Translations under genes and position numbers: made by a program | Shown here: positions 1 through 9,343 of the stretch, one piece after another | Layout: the number at the start of each line of letters is the position of its first letter | How positions within the stretch are numbered: position 1 is the first letter of the stretch | Assembly (NCBI RefSeq): GCF_000400465.1 | Contig: NW_008806279.1 | Span: 60,001 to 92,000, forward strand | Length of the DNA stretch: 32,000 nucleotides | Origin: Wallemia ichthyophaga EXF-994 | Lineage: Eukaryota > Fungi > Basidiomycota | Direction of reading: 5' to 3' | Notes under the pieces: model-generated | What the model was told of the DNA's origin: nothing | The model's input: only the letters and a program-made list of their open reading frames with translations | Databases searched by the model: none

Positions 1-450
1 TTTTCTCTACAGGTACCTCGACTATCTTTTCTACAGGTACCTCGACAACCTTTTCAACGATCTTCTCGATAGGTACTTCTACTATTTTCTCTACAGGTAC
101 CTCGACTATCTTTTCTACAGGTACCTCGACAACCTTTTCAACGATCTTCTCGATAGGTACTTCTACTATTTTCTCTACAGGTACCTCGACTATCTTCTCC
201 ACAGGCACCTCAACCTTCTTCTCCACAGGCACCTCGACGATCTTTTCTACTGGGACCTCAACGATCTTTTCTACTGGAACTTCGACGATCGTTTCTACCG
301 GGACTTGGACGATTTTTTCAACTGGAACCTCTAAGATCCTTTCGACTGGGACCTCCACGAGTTTTTCGACTGGAACCTCGATGATTTTCTCAACCTCCTT
401 CTCAACGATGCTCTCAACAGGCACCTCCTTCTCTACAATCTTCTCAATAA
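1..450 (-). repeat. Coding tandem repeat, 24-nt unit (VEVPVEKI), with an exact 84-bp higher-order duplication
   Basis: TTTTCTCTACAGGTACCTCGACTATC recurs at 1, 85 and 169 (period 84). The units become more diverged towards 450. Confidence 0.95.
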
Positions 451-2538
451 CGCGGTCTTGCACACCACCCAACTGAGAAGAATCAGCGAGGTTAGTCTTG
501 TGTGAGGTAGGCTGAGAAGGTGGAATGAAAGAATCACGGAGACCGCTAGCGCTCAGTTTGTTCTTGACAGCTCTGCCGCGTCTCCTACCCAACGACGACA
601 TGGAGACGTTAGCTTGGGAGATATTGGTATTGGTATTATAATTGCTATCTTCTTCTGAGCTACTCTCCTGTTGAGTCCCTGTCGCTGATGTGCTGCTTGG
701 TTGTTTGACTGGCGAGTGTGAAGCGAAAAGCGGATCGAGGTCGTCATCGTCGTTATTATCATCATTCTGGTCAGGTGAGTGAGAGGCATCTGTTTCGAAT
801 TCAGGGAGCTGAATTGATGTTTGACTGGTGTCATCGAGCTGTTTGGAGTTAGTTATGTGCGTACACATATTTGGCAGTACTCTCAACTCACCTCAATAAC
901 ATCACTTCTATCATACTTATCGTGCTTATCAGTCAAGGCAGACTTACGAAGTTTAGAAGCGCGTGATTTGCTTGGTTTGCCTTTGTTCTTGGATTGTAGA
1001 TTGGTTGGGCTGCTCTGGCTGACGTTAACTTGCTCCTCCTTCTCCTCATCGCTATTATCACCACTCTCATCACTCTCACTATCCTCAACACCTTCGTCCG
1101 GCCCTCTTTGAGACAGGGCCAATTTGCGTTTATATTCGATGATATGACCTTTTTCGTTGCGCAATTGTCTCTGCAGGCCAGCAATAACTCTCTCTTTGTT
1201 CCCATAAGCGACGCGTAGGGTTTCATTTTCGGAAGCGAGAGCAGTAGCGGTGCGAGCGCCACCTGGGGTCATATTAGCATCGTTAGTGTTAACGCGAGGT
1301 GGTCTGGGTGAATCGAAGACGGGCAGGCTGAAGTTACCCGTATGTCTACGTCTACCAGCTGAGTCGCTTTCCTCGAAGATCTCATCGAGGAGGCCCTGCG
1401 TGGGATGATACTCCCCTGGATGACCGAAATCGCTGCGATCGGGGTCGAATTCTGCGTCGGTGTTGAATCTGCGGCTGAAATCGTTGTCATACATCGTATT
1501 GTTCATGCTGACGTCGTTGGAATGGTTGCGTACACGCTTCGCTCGACCCTCCTTCTCTAATCTGTCGATCTCCTTCTTGGCACTCTCAACCGCACTGGCT
1601 AAATCACCCTTTTCACGCGTTGCTGTTGCTCGGTCTTTCCTAGCGAGAGCTGTTTCTGTCTCGTATTTTTGTTTAAGTTGCTCGAGTGATTGGTTCAGTT
1701 TCTCGCTATCTTGGCGCCGTTCTTCGAGGGAGTCTCTCGAGAGCGAGAGGGACTTAGTAAGTTTGTTGCGCTCAGCTTCAAGTTTGGTGAGTGAGTCCTG
1801 ATGGTTTGTGTTACTTGTGTACAGCTCCTGGTTTTGCATTTCGAGATTCCAGTTGTCTTCTTTGAACCTATCGACTGTCTGTTCGAGCGAGTTGAGACGA
1901 AGGAGGAGATCGTCATGTTTTGCGTGCGTGTGCTCCTTATCTAATTGAAGATTTTTGATAGTATCGTCGCGTTCACTGATCAGACTCTGTAGACGTCTCA
2001 CTTCTATTAACAAATGCTGGCCAATCTCAGCAGCGAATTCAACATCGTCTGACCTGTGCGCTGCATTACGCGATCTTCTATGGGACTGATTCTTGTGTGC
2101 TGGTGCTGTGGGTACAGCGAATGGTTGTGGGGAGTTGGCAGCTGTGCTGAGAGCGAATGAGGAGGTGGAAGGGAGAGTGGGGATGATAGTAGAGTCTGAG
2201 GTATTTGCAGGTGAATTAACTGAGTTGTGTTCACTCTGATTGTGCTCGCTCTCCAATTTCATCACTGTCGCTCTCAATTCTTCCACCTTGTCAGCGTAAT
2301 TGGGGTCATTGGGGTCGTCGGGATTGCTGTCTACACCTTCAATAAGCCCAGATAATTCTTGACGCTGTTTAAGCAGAGATTCCCCCAATCTGCCTGTATT
2401 TGCGAGCTGCGTGTCCTTCTGCGCGAGAAGATGCGCGAGCTGACGGCGCAATTGCTTTTCACCGAGATTATCTGGTGGCACTGGATTGAGCTTAAATTGC
2501 GTTGGCTGGCTCGCATCACCAGATTGGAATATATCCAT
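1..2538 (-). CDS. apsA: ApsA/Num1/Mcp5-like cortical dynein-anchor protein; 5' part only, runs off the window start
   Basis: Coiled-coil N-terminus with the motif [28 protein letters not shown], typical of the Num1/ApsA family. A 53-nt intron (891-839; GTGAGT, CTAAC branch, CAG) joins ...SDVIE to LDDTSQ..., and the frame then stays open to position 1 through VEVPVEKI repeats. The C-terminal PH domain is not in the window. Confidence 0.75.
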
Positions 2539-2815
2539 CTGCTCTTGAGCGTAAGTTGCAGAGAGGGAAACGCGTTTTAAAAAATAAAAATAAAAAGTAA
2601 AACACAGAAATGTCTTTTATATTGTATAATCTAATAATTTACGCGTATGTTTGCTGTGTTTGGGATTATTTTGGGTGAAGTTGGTGGAGATGTCAAGGGA
2701 GAAGACATTGAGGGAGATCAGGGATTTGAAATAGAAGGCGCTAACGGGGTGTATTGAGGTATATACGCAGTAATAACCGTTGCGCTATTCAATCCACTCT
2801 TCCACTCGTACCACC

Positions 2816-5327
2816 ATGGCTTCTCTATTCCCAAAGCCACCAAAGTCACCAAAGCCACCAACAGATAAAGCTCTACGGCGATGGGTGAGCACGGACAGCC
2901 TCCACTCCTCCCGCTATGCTTGGCCCTTCCTGGCAAAGCCCAGATCCACCAGCAATCTCCATGCCATACAGACGTTGAAGTTGGTAGATAAGCCGACAGC
3001 AGTAGACGCAGCCACGGGGGAACACGCAGCCACGCCGCCACCAACACCCACACGCCGCACACCTCACAAAAAGTTCATTCGCCCCAGCCAGCCATTCTAC
3101 CACCGCGTCAACGAGTACGTAGGGCGGTTTAAAGGGCTAGTCAAGCTGGAGCAGCAAGCGAGTGAGCACAAATTCAATAACAGGATGCATGAGTGGCCAC
3201 TTGACAAACTGAAGCAAGAGGGCTATGTCATTACTGACTTGAGTGCTTGCCACGCCAGGAGGAAGTGGGGGAAACCCAGTGCCATTTTTCAGCTCAATCC
3301 GGGTCATTTGCTGCCCTCTCACAGATTCAGGAAGGGTGAGACTGTCACGTTGAGCGAGTTAAGTGAGTTGAGTGAGGTGGATGCAAATGCAAATGCAAAT
3401 GCCTCCGATGTCCCCCGAAAATGGTCAGGAACCGTCGATTCAGTCTCGCCCACACACATACAGCTCCTGTTTGACAGACGCGTCCCTATCACTGCCGATG
3501 CCAGGTACAGAATCGATATGGCACTCGCAGATGTCCTCTACAAACGCTCTTTGGAGGCGCTCGAATCGCTCTGTCTCGATCCAGTAGAGCAGGCCAAGGT
3601 GTCTGATAGTGCGCTTAAAGGGACGCATCTGTGTGATGTTATCCTGAATACTGGCAATTCTGCCAACACCACCAACACAAACTATCAAGGTATTTTCGCG
3701 AATGACTGCTGGATGCGAAGCTGGGCATTACGTTACTCGCGTGCAGATCCACTCGCTATAGAGGGAGATCCCGAGCTATCACTGAATGCGCGGCAGATCC
3801 AAGCGGTAGCGCTAATGATTGGCAACCGGGCCTCACTCATACAAGGACCACCAGGGACGGGCAAGACGGCGACTATCTCGCACAGCATCGCTCTGATGAA
3901 GCAGCACTTTCATATCCCCCACCCCATCCTCATCGCCGCATACACCAACGTCGCCACCGACAACATTGCGTCTATCCTATCTGCGGCGGGGATGAAAATA
4001 ACCCGTCTGGGGCATGTCAGCAGAGTAGCGCCTGAGCTTCATACCCACACTCTCGCAGCACAAGTCGAGGCTCATCCGCGCTACACGCATGTCAAACACG
4101 CGCGATATAGGAGCGAAGGGCTATTCAGACGTGCAGCTTCGACGAATTCGACGGCTAATGCCACTTCTAGTCTGATGAAAGGTGGGTGAAGTGTGAGTAG
4201 AGTTTAATCCAACTCACTTTTTTCCTATCCTATGTTATTGTTGCACTGCAGAACAGCTCTATGAAGAAGCGCGCCAACAGAGACGAACCGCAGGGCGGAT
4301 AGTACGGGAGATGCAACAAGACATAATCCGCAATGCGGATGTAGTGTGTGCGACGTGCATAGGTGGAAATGCGCGGGAGCTATCAAGTGTAGATTTCCCA
4401 ATAGTGTTTATAGACGAGGCGAGCCAGGCTACTGAGCCCACCACGCTAATCCCGCTCATGAAGGGGTGTTCGCACATGTCGATAATAGGGGACCATAAAC
4501 AGCTAGCGCCAATTATCACATCTGAGGAGGCTTCCAGACAGGGTTTGTCTGTTTCGTTGTTCGAGCGCCTCATTGAGACTAGTAGCGTGCCTTCAGTGAT
4601 GCTCGACGTGCAGTACCGCATGCACCCCGATCTCAGCTCTATTCCCAACACCATTTTCTACGACAGTCAGCTGGTGGATGGATGCATGCGAAGGAGTGTG
4701 GATGCTAGCAATGGTGGCAGTAGTGGCCACCTACTCCCCGCATACAAACCCCCGCGTTCCGCATACCTGCGCGACGGGGCAGCGCTTGCTTTTGTGAACC
4801 ACGAGCACACGGAGACGCGCGACGGGGAGTCAACGCTTAACGAGGGGGAGGCAGGTGTGATAATGGGGCTAGTTACCGATTTATTCAAACAGAATATGGA
4901 TATACGCGGGTGCGATATAGGTATCGTTAGCCCGTATGTCGCGCAGACACTCGAGTTGCTGCATCTGCTCAACCGCGACGCGCACTGGCGGCGACAGTTC
5001 GAGGGCGTACTCGGGGCACAGCGCTTGCACGAGCTCGCTGACATCGAGGTTAAGACGGTCGATGGGTTTGAGGGGCGCGAGAAGCAGGTGATTATACTCT
5101 CGTTAACACGCTCTAATGAGCGCGGGTTTATTGGGTTCTTGGACGACCCTCGTCGCGCTAATGTCGGCCTCACTCGGGCGAAACGCTGCCTCATGGTCGC
5201 GGGGAATGCAAGCACTCTGGTGAAAGGTGTCGTCGGTGCTGGCAGAGAAAGCGCGCTGTGGAGAGACCTGATTGGGCTATGCCGGAGCAAAGGGGCGTAT
5301 GTGGAGTATGACGAGTGTAGAGTATAG
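2816..5327 (+). CDS. Superfamily-1 Upf1/DNA2-NAM7-like helicase (AAA_11/AAA_12 type)
   Basis: Walker A GPPGTGKT, AYTNVATDN, motif II DEASQ, GDHKQL, QYRMHP, TVDGFEGREK and NVGLTRAK. A 70-nt intron at 4182-4251 (GTGGGT...TGCAG) joins the two ORFs in frame. First ATG at 2816. Confidence 0.9.
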
Positions 5328-5366
5328 AGTAGAGTGTAGAAATAGAAATAGAAGACAATGCATCTC

Positions 5367-5866
5367 TTAGTCCTGCCCGAGCAGAGTGTTGAACAGCGGC
5401 TTCTCACCCCAAGGGAAAGTCTTTTCGAGTTTGCGGAGGTAAGGGTAGGCGACCTTCTCCGGCTCCTCGCCGCCGTTTTCTTCGACGACGTGGTGGTGGT
5501 GAGCCTCGTGGGCTTCTTCGAGGTTCTTGGTCCAGAGAGCGCCGAGGAGACCTGATGGCAGTTAGAAACGGTGGTTAGAAACGGTGGCTGGTGCACGCTG
5601 AGCACTCACACCCAGGGAGAGCGACGTAGAGTGAGATCTTTCTCCACAATTCACTCGATTCTGAGGAGAATATGAGAAATTGGGTATAAACTGCGCTTAT
5701 CAAGCTCACCGTGTGCGTGTTCACTCGTCGCTGCTCTCTTATGCATGAAGCCGGATTCGCCTTCGACGGGGACAACGATTCCATCAGCGCCTCTGGGAGT
5801 GCTGGAGGAGGCGTATCTACGTTGAGCGTGTGCTGGGAGTCTGAGTGCTCTGCGTGCAATGAACAT
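5367..5866 (-). CDS. COX13: Cytochrome c oxidase subunit VIa (Cox13)
   Basis: Three exons (introns 5709-5661 and 5609-5552) give MFIARRALRL...SELWRKISLYVALPGCLLGALWTKNLEEAHEAH...YPYLRKLEKTFPWGEKPLF. This shows an Arg-rich presequence, the W-x-KIS transmembrane helix and the FPWG motif of COX6A. Confidence 0.9.
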
Positions 5867-5925
5867 GGTGGTTTGAGACCAAGATGGATTTATGGGGAGC
5901 AATACAAAATACACAAATACACCAG

Positions 5926-6691
5926 CTAATGATGGGATATTCTAGATATTACGACGGCTAAGAGCAGAAGGAGGGCCCAGCGCCATTTATCCCAGAGACT
6001 GCGTTGTGGATTCGATGGTGAGTGGTGGGTGAGTGTTGGGTGCGCCGGGGACGGCGAAGGCGGCACGAGCGGATGAGGAGCAGCCTTGTCTAATATCTCA
6101 TCGAGAGATGGACTGGCGTGTGGCTCAATTAGATCAGAAAACACCTCTGCGAATTGCTTGTTTTGCCTGTTTACGCTTCTCGACTTGGACGCCATCAGCA
6201 GCCTCTCTGAACGCGTCGAATGAATCCCCCCAGTGCCAATCTCATCGTCTAGAAAGAAAGAAAGTAAACCGGTCAGAATACTCGCAACACTCCATGCTGG
6301 ATTCCAAGAGGCGGGATGGAACGAAGAGAAGGTGGTGCAGATGCTGGTATTTACTTGAAACCTCCCTGAAGGCGTAATCATTTTAATTTCAGGCGGTTTG
6401 AATGGGTATTGCGCGGGGAACGAGAGGGTGCCTGGGCAAGTTGAACGGGATATAAGCGGATAAAGGAAACACACCATGATACTCTCCTCCAGTATAATCA
6501 CTATCTGGCGGACCACGCAGAACATAATGCCACTTGAGTATGTCCCTCTCATCGGGCCTAGCGAAACCAAATGGAGGTGGCTGGTCCTCCATCGCGATAT
6601 TCTCCTTCATTAGACGTTTTCTAGCTGCAGGAGTGGCCCTAGAGGATTGTTTGAGTGAGATTTTATTCTTTTTACAAGAATATTCTCACAT
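5926..6691 (-). CDS. UBC6: Tail-anchored E2 ubiquitin-conjugating enzyme Ubc6 (UBE2J2)
   Basis: MATPAARKRLMKE...WHYVLRGPPDSDYTGGEYHG/TLSFPAQYPFKPP...TPSGRF...SIC...FHPASWNPAWSVASILTGLLSF, followed by a C-terminal hydrophobic anchor (WALLLLLAVVI). Introns at 6689-6639 and 6474-6432. Confidence 0.92.
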
Positions 6692-6756
6692 TTGGTTGAT
6701 TGGTGGACTGGTACAAGTTGAATTGCTCAACACAACGGCCATCAGGTCAATCACAA

Positions 6757-6873
6757 TTACTCAATGATGAATTGAATCCATCTGTAGATTCCTGCTGGTA
6801 GGCTTAGGTGGCTGTGAAGCTGCTAGAGAAACCGTAGTGTCTGTGTCAGTTTAGAACGGATATCTGAGAGTAA
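6757..6873 (+). ncRNA. Box C/D snoRNA candidate
   Basis: Perfect box C ATGATGA (6764-6770) and box D CTGA (6864-6867), closed by a 6-bp terminal stem TTACTC (6757-6762)/GAGTAA (6868-6873) in canonical K-turn geometry. Lies in intergenic DNA. Confidence 0.7.
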
Positions 6874-6970
6874 AGTGAATTCAAAGGATTACAAGGTATC
6901 TCAGTAATTCCTAGTAATTCCTAGTAATTCTTAATTGTCTCAAGCAAATTCAAGTCATTTCAATTACATT

Positions 6971-7379
6971 TCAAGTCATTGGATCTTGTACACATATTAA
7001 TAGATAGTTTCCATCTGCAGAAATCAAGTCAGCCACTCTAGCAAATAACAAGCCATCCACACTAACCACTAGACAAGATAATTTCGTGCTTCTTATTCCT
7101 AATCCTTACCAGCTTTATGTCTTGCTACGGTGGCTCATTCAACAGGTAATCACGACAAGGAAAGGCCAAACTCACAGACTCAGTCTCCTCCACCTCCCTG
7201 AGATTGTCTGTGATCGACCAAATAATATTTCTACACGCCTTTGCATACTTCTTGCCCTGATCGCCATCAAAGATATTCCCGTGTATTTCAATTATACGGC
7301 CATCTCCTCTATCTAACACAAGGATTCCCTTAACTGGCTTGCATTCGAGCAGCCTGTGTATTCCTTCACTCTCGACCAT
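6971..7379 (-). CDS. Dynein light chain, roadblock/LC7 family
   Basis: Spliced product MVESEGIHRLLECKPVKGILVLD...LREVEETES/QDIKLVRIRNKKHEIILSS/DGNYLLICVQDPMT*. It matches the DYNLRB pattern ([26 protein letters not shown]). Two GT-AG introns. An in-frame upstream ATG at 7418 is an alternative start. Confidence 0.85.
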
Positions 7380-7416
7380 TGATAGATTCCTAGATGGCGG
7401 TTGTCCAGCTACCACC

Positions 7417-9163
7417 ATGACTCACTCCCCACCAAACTGGATTATACAGAAATTTGGTGGTACTTCCATTGGCAGGGCTCTTGATTCCATCGTTGACCAC
7501 ATCGTCCCCCAATACTTCCCTGCTTCAAACGTCGTTCTCGTTTGTAGCGCTAGATCCGGTGCCTCCAAGGACACCGGCACCACCAATCTTCTCTTAAAAG
7601 CCGCGACCGAGGCTCTCACTCCGCGGAATAGCCCAAACTCTCCTTCCGCTCCAGGAACTCCAGGCACTCCATCTGCCCTCACTAGACCCAGGTTCGGCAG
7701 TCCCCAGCAATCCAGATCTGCGTCTCCCACAGGCTTCAGCCATAGCAACCTCGACGACAGCCTTAGAAAGCTCTCTCTCTCCAGAAGCACGCTCGATCAA
7801 CCTGACTTTGTCCTTACCGCCAACATACTCCGTGAGGAGCACTTCAGCGCGGCAAGAGACTTGATCAAGAATGACAACGTTAGAATATCTGTTGAGGCTG
7901 ATATCTCTGCTGACTGTGACAGCCTCTGCGAATTCCTCAACGCAGCTCAAATCATCGACGAAATTAGTCCTCGTTCCAAAGACGCTATTGTTGGTCTTGG
8001 TGAGCGTTTGGCCTGTCGTTTAGTTTGCGCTGCACTCGCTGATCGTGGAATACCCAACGAGCTTGTCAGTTTGGAGGGTGTTGTCGATGCTTTTGTCGAA
8101 GGCGGCTGCTCCTCCGATGACAACAACAACACTACACTCGACCAAGGCTTCTACACCAGACTGGCACAGAGGCTGGGAGAGCGTCTGCGCAAGTGTGATG
8201 GTAAGGTTCCCGTCGTCACTGGTTTCTTCGGCCCCGTCCCCGGTTCTCTCTTACAGCAAGTGGGGAGAGGTTACACCGACCTCTGTGCGGCGTTGTGTGC
8301 TGTCGGTTTGAATGGCGGTGAGCTGCAGATTTGGAAAGAGGTTGACGGTATCTTCACCGCAGATCCCCGCAAAGTCGTTACAGCTCGTCTTGTCCCCATC
8401 ATCACTCCAGACGAGGCTGCTGAGTTGACTTACTACGGCAGCGAGGTCATCCACCCCTTCACAATGGACCAGGTCATTAGAGCCTCCATCCCGATTCGCA
8501 TAAAAAACGTCCTCAATCCACTCGGTCCTGGTACCGTTATCTTCCCTGACGCGAACAACGCCCACGACGCTCGTAACGCACACAACCCTGGCGAAGAAGC
8601 AAGCGAGGCTGTCAAAGCGCAGCATTCAGGCATCGTATCGAGCAAATTGCCCACAGCTGTAACCGTAAAGGACAACATACTAGTTCTCAACGTGCACTCG
8701 AATAGGAAGACAATGTCACATGGCTTCCTGGCCAAGATATTCACTACTCTCGATAGATATGGTGTGTGTGTGGATCTTATTAGCACGTCTGAAGTGCACG
8801 TCAGTATGGCTATCCACGGATCGAATTCGAGCAAGCGCTCGTTCGATAGACTGGTCAAAGAGCTCGAGTCTATTGGGACCGTCGATGTGCATGAAGATAT
8901 GGCCATCTTGTCTCTCGTTGGTCGCGCTATGAAACACGCTGTCGGTATCGCTGGAAAAATGTTCAGCGTGCTCGCTGCGGGGAATGTCAATATCGAGATG
9001 ATTTCACAGGGTGCGTCTGAGATCAATATTTCGTGCGTCGTGCAGGAATTGGATGCAATCAAGGCAATGAATATCATACATCAGGTGAGATCGCCGTGGT
9101 TGCTTTGGTTGCACTGACTAATACTACCAGGCCTGTTTAAACATCAACAGTAACAGCATCTAA
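7417..9163 (+). CDS. HOM3: Aspartate kinase
   Basis: WIIQKFGGTS, GRGYTDL, EVDGIFTADPRKV, two C-terminal ACT domains (MISQGASEINISCV). Final 46-nt intron at 9085-9130; last exon ACLNINSNSI*. Confidence 0.95.
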
Positions 9164-9343
9164 CCTGTGAACTTGCTATCCTACTATTTTCTCCCGACAC
9201 CTTATCAGAATAGAAAATTTTATGCATTTGTATTTGTCTTGGTTGTTAATCGTGTTTCGATATTGTCTTTGGTATTCTGGCAAACAAAAGAAGCCACGCT
9301 ATACATCCTCTCTTATAACCACACCACCATCATCGATATACCC

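Noticed and set aside
4667-5605. 312-aa minus-strand ORF overlapping COX13 and antisense to the helicase
   Set aside because: It starts inside COX13 intron 2, is out of frame with COX13, has no phase-compatible donor and no recognisable domain. Antisense shadow of GC-rich coding sequence.
6832-6867. Blocks GTAGTGTCTGT / TCAGTTTA / CTGA resemble the U2 snRNA branch-point-binding region and stem IIa
   Set aside because: No U2 stem I, no downstream Sm site (AUUUUUG), altered spacing and a substitution in GUAGUA. The segment is better explained as the 3' half of the C/D snoRNA candidate. An Infernal search with the U2 model would settle it.
6899-6930. Short direct repeats (CTAGTAATTC x2-3) downstream of the snoRNA candidate as a CRISPR-like array
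   Set aside because: 10-nt adjacent units without spacers in a eukaryotic UTR; simple slippage repeat.
8433-9077. 214-aa ORF antisense to HOM3 (likewise 10596-11225, 22404-22937, 30724-31197 and others)
   Set aside because: Fully nested antisense to strongly supported genes, with no independent motifs.
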